Shown piece after piece: positions 50,150 through 59,367 of a stretch of 64,000 nt of DNA. Location: contig CAXXUK010000001.1 of the NCBI GenBank assembly GCA_963665125.2, forward strand, positions 3,200,001 through 3,264,000, written 5' to 3'. The position numbers were made by a program, and so were the translations under genes. Below the pieces are notes generated by a model. It made no database searches and had not been told where the DNA came from. It saw nothing but the letters and a program-made list of their open reading frames with translations. Every line of letters starts with the position of its first letter. Within the stretch, counting starts at the first letter, position 1. Origin of the DNA: an uncultured Desulfarculus sp. GTDB taxonomy: Bacteria; Desulfobacterota; Desulfarculia; Desulfarculales; Desulfarculaceae.

Positions 50150-50363
50150 GGAATCCCGCCGAGTTTCATAACCTCCTGTTATTGCGGCATAAACACCATC
50201 CAGGTGCATATCTGAGTGTGACGGTCTTATACGATTTTGGATTATGCCTGAGTCTGTCCTGGTTTTCGCCGCTCGGCACGGTGCGTTGACAACCGGAGCG
50301 GTTCGGGCATATGTAGGAGTAAAGCAGGGCAACCGGTTGAGGTTTCCATATCAAGGCAGGACA

Positions 50364-51641
50364 ATGGTTAAGTTTATTTCGTATTTTAAGCGGCTATTTA
50401 TATGCCTCATGACAGTCTTCTTGGTTATCATTTCCTCTATATCGCCATCTCTGGCCATAGAAATCATACCTCTAGCTAAAAACACTCATACACTTGAAGT
50501 TGAATGGGCAAAGCCATTCATGGGTGAAGAGGCTATCAATTATGGAGCCGTTGAGGCACTTCCACAAAACGGTATTGTGTTTGTTAAAATTATCAAATCC
50601 ACAAGCAACCCTGGAGTAACACCAGTCTTAATACGTATGGATAGCAATGGGAATATCCTATGGGAAAAAGGAATAGAGCTGAGTCGTCCAATTAAGAGGA
50701 TTAACAATTTCATATTCTCACTAGACCATATTTTTACGGCAGCAGAAACAATTGATTATAAAAACAGAAAGATAATCCCTGTGATAATTAAAATGGATAT
50801 TGATGGTAACATAATCAATAAGACCGAATTGAATATAAAGGGTTGCCTGGCGACAGTCATTGACTTTGTGCCTCAGAATAATGGCAACTATTATTATTCA
50901 GGACTTCGCATGTGCTTTGATGATATTGATTCACTTGGCTGGCAACATGGTTGGATAGGGTTGTGTAACATTGAGGGAAACATCATATGGCAAACTTTTT
51001 CAAACATCCTAACACGATCTATTTTTTTACCCTTTGTGCTAGATGAAAATGATATTTTTGTAACCGGAGCAGCATCTGATGTAAACGATGAAAGTAGTGT
51101 TATATTAGCCTCTTATACAAAAGAAGGAAAACTAAAATGGTATTTGTCAGAACTGGACGACAGGGTTCACCCAGCTATTATTATAAAAACTATCAATAAT
51201 GATATCGTATGGATTATATCTTCGATAAAACGGGAGCCACTAAACAGTAAACCTAGCAACCTGTTGTGGAAAAAGATATCTAAAGATGGTGATATTATTT
51301 TATCAAAGTATATTAAAATAAGTGGGTGGGATAACATAAAAGCTGGTCCAATAAAATTGTATTGCAATAATGTAATTGGCAATAAGGTTTGGCTAGCTGG
51401 TGGATATGTTGAAAAGCATCCAAAGAAAGCAGTAAATATTTTCTATCAAATTGATGCCAATGGTGAAGCTGTAAATGGTTTTACAATTAAGGAAAAGAAC
51501 AATTTTGCCATTGTCGATGTCTCATTTACTAGCGACGATACGCTCTATATGGTATTAATAACTGCATTTAAAGGGGACCAAAAATTTATTGATGGATTAG
51601 TCCTCAAACTCAAACTTTGTAAAAAGCAGGGCACCATGTAA
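50364..51641 (+). CDS. Secreted beta-propeller-like protein (low GC)
   Basis: Signal peptide; repeats MDSNGNILW, MDIDGNII, NIEGNIIW, TKEGKLKW, SKDGDII, IDANGEAV. Confidence 0.65.
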   Translation: MVKFISYFKRLFICLMTVFLVIISSISPSLAIEIIPLAKNTHTLEVEWAKPFMGEEAINYGAVEALPQNGIVFVKIIKSTSNPGVTPVLIRMDSNGNILWEKGIELSRPIKRINNFIFSLDHIFTAAETIDYKNRKIIPVIIKMDIDGNIINKTELNIKGCLATVIDFVPQNNGNYYYSGLRMCFDDIDSLGWQHGWIGLCNIEGNIIWQTFSNILTRSIFLPFVLDENDIFVTGAASDVNDESSVILASYTKEGKLKWYLSELDDRVHPAIIIKTINNDIVWIISSIKREPLNSKPSNLLWKKISKDGDIILSKYIKISGWDNIKAGPIKLYCNNVIGNKVWLAGGYVEKHPKKAVNIFYQIDANGEAVNGFTIKEKNNFAIVDVSFTSDDTLYMVLITAFKGDQKFIDGLVLKLKLCKKQGTM

Positions 51642-51730
51642 TCATAGTGCCCAGTTTAACTAATTAGATGCGTTTGCAAGAATGGCCTTGAATATTTGCT
51701 TGCGCGCATCGATTTGCTGAGGGGTTAGTT

Positions 51731-52949
51731 TGTGCTGTGATGGTAATAACCTGACACATAGAGCCAAATGAAGAGGTGGCCATGTCGCCTCCTGCCGGGT
51801 TAGAAGAAGTGTTGCTGAAGCACTTCGAACCCAAGGAGGTAAAGGACATGACCACCGAAAAGAAAGTAGCACGTAGGAAGCTGAGTTTACTAGAGTTGGC
51901 GTCTGATTTGAAGAACGTCAGCCGGGCCTGCAAGATCATGGGCTATTCCCGTCAGCAATTTTATGAGATCAGGCGCAACTACCAGACGTTTGGGGCCGAA
52001 GGCCTGGTGGATCGGCTTCCCGGCCCCAAAGGACCACACCCCAACCGCGTATCAGAGGAAATCGAAAAGGCCATTCTGGATCACTGCCTGGATTATCCCA
52101 CCCATGGCTGTCTGCGCGTGGCCGACGAACTGGCCCTCAAGGGAATCCAGGTCAGCTCCGGCGGCGTTAGGGGCGTCTGGTCCCGGCACAATCTTCTAAG
52201 CCGCCATGAGCGCCTGCTGCGGCTGGAGCGTCACGTATCGGAAACCAAGATTGATTTGAGCGAGGACCAGGTCGCCCTCTTGGAGCGATTCAGCCCGGAG
52301 TTTCGAGAGCGCCACATTGAAACCAAGGGTGTGGGCGATCTGGTGGCGGTGGACACCTTCTTTGTGGGCGCCCTCAAGGGCGTGGGGAAGGTCTATCTGC
52401 AGTCGGTGGTCGATTGCCACAGCCGTTACGCCTGGGGCAGGCTCTACACCTCCAAGCTGCCGGTGACCGCCGTCCATGTGCTCAACACCGACGTGCTGCC
52501 CTTCTTCGAGCAGCATAACGCTACAATCACGACCATTCTCAGCGACAACGGCAGGGAGTTTTGTGGCCGTGAAGATCGCCACCCCTACGAGCTTTTCCTG
52601 CAACTGGAGGAAATCGAGCACCGCACAACCAAGGTGCGCCGTCCCCAGTCAAACGGCTTTGTGGAGCGGCTTCACCGCACGCTGCTGGACGAGCATTTCC
52701 GCATCATGGGCCGCAAGAAATGGTACGAGTCGGTCGACGAGATGCAGAAGGATCTGGAAGACTACCTGGCCCTGTACAACACGAAACGGCCTCACCAGGG
52801 CCGCAACATGAACGGCAGGACGCCGTATCAGGCTTTCAAGGATGGGCTGAAAGACTTGAATCCTGAACCGAAAAATAATAAGAGCAAAAAGGCAGCCTAA
52901 CAACCAGACCGGTAGGAGGCGACTGTCAGGTCAATACCATCACTGTACA
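51731..52949 (+). mobile_element. IS481-family element
   Basis: 26-bp imperfect IRs TGTGCTGTGATGGTAATAACCTGACA and TGTCAGGTCAATACCATCACTGTACA; no obvious TSD; left end uncertain by a few bp. Confidence 0.88.
51848..52900 (+). CDS. IS481-family transposase
   Basis: N-terminal HTH; VDT, SDNGREF, NGFVER DDE motifs. Confidence 0.95.
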   Translation: MTTEKKVARRKLSLLELASDLKNVSRACKIMGYSRQQFYEIRRNYQTFGAEGLVDRLPGPKGPHPNRVSEEIEKAILDHCLDYPTHGCLRVADELALKGIQVSSGGVRGVWSRHNLLSRHERLLRLERHVSETKIDLSEDQVALLERFSPEFRERHIETKGVGDLVAVDTFFVGALKGVGKVYLQSVVDCHSRYAWGRLYTSKLPVTAVHVLNTDVLPFFEQHNATITTILSDNGREFCGREDRHPYELFLQLEEIEHRTTKVRRPQSNGFVERLHRTLLDEHFRIMGRKKWYESVDEMQKDLEDYLALYNTKRPHQGRNMNGRTPYQAFKDGLKDLNPEPKNNKSKKAA

Positions 52950-53012
52950 CTCAGCATATACCCCAAGCAATTTAGAAATTCGCGCATACCAATCGAAAAG
53001 AATCAGTGTTTC

Positions 53013-54278
53013 ATGCTAATGCCGTTTAATCCAAAATTCGACTTTACCTACGGAGAAATCAAGAGATATCTATTCGAAAACGGTTATATGTGTAGCAGAG
53101 CTGATGAAATATTTGGCAGTGTACCCATAATGAGTAATGTTCTAGGCGGCATATTAAAAGCACATTTTATCATAGCAGACCTGACAGATCAAAATGCCAA
53201 TGTTTTCTACGAACTAGGCATAGCGCATTCTTTTAAAGACCCACATAATATTATTTTATTGTCCCAGAGTATAAAAGATATTCCTTTCGATATAAGACAC
53301 TTGAATACAATCATTTATAATGAAGATAACGTCAAGCACTTGACTGCAAGTATATTGAAGACCATTAAAGATAATTCTCATTATTACAGTTTCTTTGAGG
53401 CACTACAAAAAAATTCCATAATTGGTTCAATTCATGATGACAAAATTGAATTTTTAGAAACTCTACAAGAACATTTCGTCAACAATATCAATGTGGCTAC
53501 CGACGTATTAAATGGCGAGGCTAGCGCGTACACTGAAAGAGATATTAAGGACCTACTCGATGCCTGCCTAGGGGCGCTTTATACCAAATCAGCAGAGGGC
53601 AAACGAAAGCAACTAAAAGGAATTATGAGGGTGCTTGGTGCTTTGTTATGCCAATGTGATGATTTTGGTTATGCTCAAGAAGTTGCGAACCATTTTTTAA
53701 ATGAAAATAGGCTAGAATCGTATCAAGTTGACCGCAAGGAAATCATTTTTTTACAATCAGAGCTTGCCGTCTATTTGGCTTCAAATAAAGTGTTCTTTAA
53801 CGATGCTATGTCATGGATAATTGGGTATTTCTCAAAATCAAAATCCGCTACCGTCGATTTAAACAGATATAACCTGGAAAGGTTTTTGCTTACATCTGAC
53901 GACATTACTGTAGATGAAATTATTGTAAGCTCAATATTCCACGAAAACTACTATGTCAGAGAGCATATGGCAGATATCATAGGAGAAAAACGTATTAACT
54001 TCGGAGTAGAATCTCTTATGACACAGCTGAGTCGGGAGGAAAATATTTACTCAACTTCTAGTATTATCACGGCACTAGGTAAGCTTGGCGACCCGAAGGC
54101 ATACCCGAGTATAGAGAGCTGGTTTCTTAGGAATCGGGATAAGGTGTTGAGGACACAGCACTATTTCATTCTAAAGCATATATACTTGGCCGTGGTTAAC
54201 CTAAAAGTTTCAAACGATTTCACAAAAAGCTTCAGAGCGGAATTTGCAGAATATATATCGCCATTTGCTATTTTCTAG
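53013..54278 (+). CDS. Nucleoside 2-deoxyribosyltransferase/TIR-like domain + HEAT-repeat protein (5' end probably cut by IS481)
   Basis: CFMLMPF...RADE...IIADLTDQNANVFYELGIAH...PFDIRH; C-terminal ITALGKLGDPKA; frame open back to the IS end; low GC. Confidence 0.75.
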   Translation: MLMPFNPKFDFTYGEIKRYLFENGYMCSRADEIFGSVPIMSNVLGGILKAHFIIADLTDQNANVFYELGIAHSFKDPHNIILLSQSIKDIPFDIRHLNTIIYNEDNVKHLTASILKTIKDNSHYYSFFEALQKNSIIGSIHDDKIEFLETLQEHFVNNINVATDVLNGEASAYTERDIKDLLDACLGALYTKSAEGKRKQLKGIMRVLGALLCQCDDFGYAQEVANHFLNENRLESYQVDRKEIIFLQSELAVYLASNKVFFNDAMSWIIGYFSKSKSATVDLNRYNLERFLLTSDDITVDEIIVSSIFHENYYVREHMADIIGEKRINFGVESLMTQLSREENIYSTSSIITALGKLGDPKAYPSIESWFLRNRDKVLRTQHYFILKHIYLAVVNLKVSNDFTKSFRAEFAEYISPFAIF

Positions 54279-55242
54279 ACAAAGGCATATTTTTTATAAA
54301 GTCAAAAATTCTGTTCGCTCCGCAATATTCAATAAATTCATCTATGCGAATGGCGTTCTGCTCTAACGAGAATGTATACTTAATATAATCCCCGATCACT
54401 TCATCGTCCTGCTCAGAAATCTGTAAAGATTCAATTAGATAAGCCAAGCATTTTTCAAAAAATGAATAGTAATAAAACATGAAATATGGAAACTGTTGTC
54501 TTCCGTCGAGCAGTTTCCGAATCTCAGTAAAGGCGAAAAATAAATCATCGATATGCTTTGTTGAAAAACATCGCGAGACGGAGGTCTTTCTTTGAAAGAT
54601 ATGATAATTGGTTTTATCGGTGATAGATATAGATTCTGCCTCAAGGAAGGCATGAAATATGAAGATATCATCTTCGTTTAAACAGTTTTCGTAAAATTTT
54701 AATTTATATTTATTGAGAAAACTTTTTTTGAATAGTTTGTTTCCTACTATGGCACTTATTGATATGTCTTGGTTAATCACATTTGAGAGTAAGGAAATAG
54801 CATATTTCCCGTCAATAGTATTTTGAACATCATAGCCATATCTAACGACACTTTTATGCCCGTTTTCATACTCGCGTATAACCCCACATAAAGTTATGTC
54901 TGCGTCACTAGCTCGGGTACTTCCTACCATATAATAAAAATAATTTGAATCAATCCAATCGTCGCTATCAATTAAGCTGATGTATTCGCCTTTTGCCCTT
55001 TCCAAGCCAACATTTCTGGCACCGCCAGCAAGTACTTTTGAATTAAGTTGAACCAAATGAAAGTTATCATACTTCTTGTCATATTGCTTAAGAACTTTAA
55101 CTGTATTATCTGTTGAGACATCATCAATCGCAATTATTTCGATATTTTTCAGGCTTTGGTTGATAATTGAATCCAAGCATCGCTGTACGTGTGCACTTGA
55201 ATTAAATGTTGGAATTATGACGCTAACTAAAGGGCTTACCAT
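54268..55242 (-). CDS. GT2-family glycosyltransferase (alternative start GTG 55263)
   Basis: VSVIIPTFN, IDDVSTD, ARNVGL, IDSDD, NEDD; low GC. Confidence 0.9.
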   Translation of the reverse strand: MVSPLVSVIIPTFNSSAHVQRCLDSIINQSLKNIEIIAIDDVSTDNTVKVLKQYDKKYDNFHLVQLNSKVLAGGARNVGLERAKGEYISLIDSDDWIDSNYFYYMVGSTRASDADITLCGVIREYENGHKSVVRYGYDVQNTIDGKYAISLLSNVINQDISISAIVGNKLFKKSFLNKYKLKFYENCLNEDDIFIFHAFLEAESISITDKTNYHIFQRKTSVSRCFSTKHIDDLFFAFTEIRKLLDGRQQFPYFMFYYYSFFEKCLAYLIESLQISEQDDEVIGDYIKYTFSLEQNAIRIDEFIEYCGANRIFDFIKNMPLSRK

Positions 55243-55262
55243 ATGATAATTCCTAATTATCA
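55223..55262 (-). other. Candidate recombination site at the recombinase 3' end
   Basis: Minus strand TGATAATT-AGG-AATTATCA palindrome over the stop codon, then GTTAG. Confidence 0.5.
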
Positions 55263-55449
55263 CGGGTTGAGGTGAGCCCTAGGATTGGCTTTGGCCAGGC
55301 ACGCTTTCAGGCTAGTGTTTGAGACGTGGGTATAGATCTCGGTAGTGGAAATGCTGCTATGTCCCAGAAGACGCTGAACATAGCGGATATCGACGCCGTG
55401 TTCCAATAGGTGGGTCGCGGTGCTATGGCGGAGCATGTGAGGGGTGATG

Positions 55450-56672
55450 TGTCCTAGTCACTAATTGCGTTGACAGTTTGGCCTTCCGGCAGATGGTTTA
55501 GGTTACTACGCTGCGTCCTCGATTTCTATCCCTTCATGGACATGCTTTTGATACAGTTCCAGGCCGTCGGTAAAGGTCTGAAAAGGGGTGCGCCCCTGGC
55601 AATAGCGGCCCTGATGGGTTCGTTCGGTGTTGTAGTAGTTCATGAAGGCGTCCAGGTCGGCCTGGATTTCATCCAGCGTGCGGTACAGCTTTTTCCGGAA
55701 GGCCACCTCATAGAATTCATTCTGGATGGTCTGGTGAAGCCGCTCCACCGCGCCATTGGTCTGGGGATGGCGCACCTTGGTTCTGGTGTGCTCGATGTCG
55801 TTTAGGTGCAGAAATAGCTCGTAGGGGTGGCTGTCCTGACGACCGCACAGCTCCGGGCCATTGTCGGTGAGCACCCGGTGCACCCTGATGCCGTGGTGGT
55901 CGTAAAAAGGCAGCACCCTGTCGTTGAGCAGGTCGGCGGCGGTCAGGGCCGTCTTTTCACGATAAACCTTGGCAAAACCATGGCTGCCGTGGGTGTCGAT
56001 GGCAGTTTGCTGGTAGATGCGGCCTATGCCCTTGATAATGCCCACATAGCAGGTGTCCTGGGCCACCAGAAAGCCTGGATGCGGGCTTTCCACCTCACCG
56101 TGGGCCTCTTTTTCCTGCTTGGCATTCTCCAGGGCCTGGACCTGGGATTCGGTGAGCACCTCAGTGTTTTCCGCCGCCCATTTCTCCAGTCGCTTCAAGC
56201 GCTGTGCCTTGAGCGTCAGATCATGCCGTAGCCAGATGCTGCGAATGCCTCCAGCGCTGACCTGGATACCGATTTTCTTCAGTTCGTTGGCCACTCTGGT
56301 CTGGCCGTGAGTGGGAAACTGTAAAGAATAATCCAGCACTTTCTGCTCTATCTCGAGGGCCACACGGTTGCCGATCCTGGGCACGCGACGACTCTTCTCC
56401 AAGAGCCCCTCCAGACCTTCCTCATCAATAGCTTGCTTGATGTCGTAATAGTGCTGGCGGCTGATGCCAAGTTTGCGGCAGGCCTCGGAGATGTTTCCCA
56501 GAGTTTGGCCCAACTCCAGGATATTGAGCTTGCGGTTGATGATATACTGCGATTGAGTCATGGTCCTTCCTTTCAATTAAGATGCTTCTTTTGGTTTGAA
56601 CCATCTTAACCGGAAGGCCATGGCTCCTTCAGCTAGGACCTTGACCTGTCAACGCTTTTCTCGACTAGGACA
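55450..56672 (-). mobile_element. IS481-family element with 7-bp TSD GGTGATG
   Basis: IRs TGTCCTAGTCACTAATTGCGTTGACA and TGTCAACGCTTTTCTCGACTAGGACA; TSD at 55443-49 and 56673-79. Confidence 0.95.
55506..56561 (-). CDS. IS481-family transposase
   Basis: QDT, TDNGPEL, NGAVER DDE motifs. Confidence 0.95.
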   Translation of the reverse strand: MTQSQYIINRKLNILELGQTLGNISEACRKLGISRQHYYDIKQAIDEEGLEGLLEKSRRVPRIGNRVALEIEQKVLDYSLQFPTHGQTRVANELKKIGIQVSAGGIRSIWLRHDLTLKAQRLKRLEKWAAENTEVLTESQVQALENAKQEKEAHGEVESPHPGFLVAQDTCYVGIIKGIGRIYQQTAIDTHGSHGFAKVYREKTALTAADLLNDRVLPFYDHHGIRVHRVLTDNGPELCGRQDSHPYELFLHLNDIEHTRTKVRHPQTNGAVERLHQTIQNEFYEVAFRKKLYRTLDEIQADLDAFMNYYNTERTHQGRYCQGRTPFQTFTDGLELYQKHVHEGIEIEDAA

Positions 56673-57449
56673 GGTGATGCGCTTATTGATGCCGGCTTTC
56701 CGGGCAAGCTCATGCAGATTGCGCCTAATGAAGTCCGGGGTGGCGGCAGTGCCACGGTTCGTCAGTAACAAAACTCTTGTCCCGGTGGTCCATGTGCCGT
56801 GGCTTTCAATATAGCCGCCAAGCAGTGAAAGGACATTATCGTCGACAATGAAGACCTGCCGCTCCCGGCTGCCTTTACCGTTGACTGTCATGGTTCCGCT
56901 GGCCAGGTCGATGTCCCTTAACTTGATGCTACATAGCTCACCAACCCTGATTCCTGTTGCGAAAAGCAGCTCAACGGCCAGACGTATAGTCCTCTGACGT
57001 ATGTCGCCATCACTTTTGGTTATGCTGGAAGCGCACTGCAACAATGCCTTAACCTCAGCTTTACCAAGTGCTTTTGGTAGCTTGCGAGGCTGTCTGATAG
57101 TCGTTCGGTAGCCATGGAAGGGATTGGTTGCCAGCAATTGCTTGTCATCAAGCCAACGCAAAGCCACCTTTAACGATGCGAATTTGCGCTTGATGGTTGC
57201 CGGCGCATAGTGCCTGCTTCGCATTTCCTTAAGCCACTCATCTAACATCTCTTCGCTCAAATCGTGGTCAGCGCGGCTTGCTAGCCAATCGGCAAAATTA
57301 TTGAGATCACCTTTGTAAGCCCGACAGGTATGAGCCGAGAGACCTTTTCCTTCGCAATAGTCGAGAAAGATTTGAATATCATCGGAAAATGCCATGATTA
57401 TGCTCCGTTTGGTGGGTGGCCAAGTTGTAACGGGGCATTATGCCTGTAC

Positions 57450-57478
57450 AAAACAGAATGGAAAAACAGATTGTTAGG
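57450..57478 (+). other. Candidate recombination site upstream of the recombinase
   Basis: AAAACAGAATG and AAAACAGATTG direct repeats running into GTTAGG. Confidence 0.4.
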
Positions 57479-57633
57479 ATTTGTTCATGTTGAAAATGTA
57501 GAGAAGAGGTGGCAGGCCTATTACATGAGCCGTTAAGTCGGTCACAGAACTTTTAGCTTTTGACCCAAATAACCTCGTAATTGGGTCACAAATATGCCCA
57601 AAAATAGTTTACTCGGAGGGCTTGGCGCAGAGT

Positions 57634-57836
57634 ATCCACCCCTTTGAGGATGGCAACAGCCGCATCGCCCGCGCCACAACCGACATGGCCTTGGCCCAGG
57701 ACGAGGGCAGCGGCCAGCGCCTATATAGCATGTCCCATCAGATTCAGACTGAAAGAGATGCCTATTATGACGTGCTTGAGAAGACCCAAAAGGGTGAGTG
57801 CGACGCAACCGGTTGGGTGGCGTGGTTCCTGGAGTG
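57634..57836 (+). pseudogene. Fic gene fragment
   Basis: Near-copy of about 61966..62167 (IHPFEDGNSRIARA...WFLE). Confidence 0.8.
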
Positions 57837-58419
57837 ATCCAGCCCAGTTTTACCGACACCGTATTAAGCGAGAACATAGCATGTGGGGGTAAGAATTACT
57901 CGCAGAAGAGCGAGAAGTAATTCACCAGACTACGCCTCGTTTCGTAATTCTCGTTAAAAGCACTTTGTTAGGCCGAATAAGTTACGACAAGCGGCGCTGC
58001 TAAGCAAAGCTTGGCCTGCAGTAGTTTGGGCTTTATGTCTTGGATAGGACTGGCAGTGGCAAACAACCTTGAATAGGACTTTTCAGTCCCACCTGGCAGG
58101 GCGCGCAACGCTTCCTAATGGCTGATGAAACACAATGTAATGTCAAATGGTTATATTAGATATGGCCTGCCCGAAATGACCCTATTTGTCCCCCCTGAAC
58201 CCTGCATATCGTACATAAAAGTTCAGAAAAAGTTCAGAACGGGCTGGGGACCGGGCAAGAGACTACATAGCGAATGAAGCATACCCTTGAGCGCCGTCAC
58301 CTGTTCGAGTTTAGCAAAATTCAACCGACCACCTTTGATGAGTTAGATCTCTGATAGCCGTGATGGACATGGTTTAGGCCATAGCGTATACTATGTGTAC
58401 ATTGTAATGGAGAGTATAC

Positions 58420-58659
58420 ATGGGTACGGTGACTGCAAGGATTCCTGAAGATATTGCCTCCAGCTTGGATGCTTTGGCAGAGTCCACAAAACGAAGCAAG
58501 TCGTTTCTGGTGGCAGAAGCAATAAGGACATATCTGGAGACCCATGCATGGCAGGTTTCCCGCACGATGGATAGCCTGGCACAGGCTGACAATGGCCAAT
58601 TCGCGAGTCCGGAACAAGTAAAGGATGCTTTTGGGAAGTTGGGCCTAAAACTTGACTAA
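58420..58659 (+). CDS. CopG/RHH-family antitoxin, copy 2
   Basis: Near-identical to 47304..47543. Confidence 0.88.
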   Translation: MGTVTARIPEDIASSLDALAESTKRSKSFLVAEAIRTYLETHAWQVSRTMDSLAQADNGQFASPEQVKDAFGKLGLKLD

Positions 58660-58945
58660 ATCCCTGGCGATATTCTGGACGATCAACGTACTGGATGATT
58701 TGGGCCATCTGCGACGTTATCTTTCGGATCAGGCTGGGCCAGCGATCATGCAATCAGAAGCCAGGCGCATCTGGGACTCTGTGGCAAGATTAGCTGATTT
58801 TCCGGCCAGTGGTCGACCTGGGAGGGTTCCGGGCACCAGAGAGCTTATTGTGCCGCCGTATATACTCCCATATAGAGTGCGTGATGACCGGGTTGAGATT
58901 CTGGACCTGTTCCACTCGGCGCAGAATTGGGAGTTGAAGGAATAG
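58652..58945 (+). CDS. RelE/ParE-family toxin, copy 2
   Basis: Near-identical to 47536..47829. Confidence 0.88.
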   Translation: MTKSLAIFWTINVLDDLGHLRRYLSDQAGPAIMQSEARRIWDSVARLADFPASGRPGRVPGTRELIVPPYILPYRVRDDRVEILDLFHSAQNWELKE

Positions 58946-59049
58946 CCAAGGTGCCTAGCTGTTTTTAGCAAGGACGTTGTTTACACTTATCAATCTTTTG
59001 TCCATAGGCCTTATTGGCTACAATATGGATGCCTTCAAAAGGATGTGCC

Positions 59050-59367
59050 ATGGAAACGCCCAAATCCGAACCGGAACCCAAGCCCGTCTTGGACGAGATC
59101 AAGTCCAAGGCCATACCCATTTTGAAGCGGCATGGTGTGGTGCGGGCCTCTATTTTCGGATCGGTGGCCAGGGGCGATGACGGGCCTGACAGCGACGTTG
59201 ATTTCCTGATTGACGTAGGCGACAACCCCATGTCTCTTTTTGGGCTGCAACGCCTTGAAGACGAATTGGCGGCCAAATTGGGCCGCAAAATCGACCTGGC
59301 TTTTTATGACTGCATCAAAAAAAGAATCCGCGATAAAGTCCTCAGTCAGCAAGTAGCCGTGCTATGA
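59050..59367 (+). CDS. MNT nucleotidyltransferase antitoxin (intact)
   Basis: FGSVARG...SDVD...LGRKIDL. Confidence 0.88.
   Translation: METPKSEPEPKPVLDEIKSKAIPILKRHGVVRASIFGSVARGDDGPDSDVDFLIDVGDNPMSLFGLQRLEDELAAKLGRKIDLAFYDCIKKRIRDKVLSQQVAVL

Larger units (their letters stand above)
55260..57395 (-). pseudogene. XerC/D-like tyrosine recombinase interrupted by IS481
   Basis: [32 protein letters not shown]...[16 protein letters not shown]; removing the IS plus one TSD restores the frame. Confidence 0.92.

Noticed and set aside
50085..50180. Intact selC
   Set aside because: Sequence 5' of the anticodon loop cannot pair with the anticodon or acceptor stems.
56649..57395. Stand-alone 248-aa integrase
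   Set aside because: It is the 5' part of an IS-interrupted gene; the catalytic H-x-x-R, H and Y residues lie at 55260..55442.
50150..58080. Classical integron
   Set aside because: No IntI-specific insertion is visible in the recombinase, and no RYYYAAC...GTTRRRY attC array was found.
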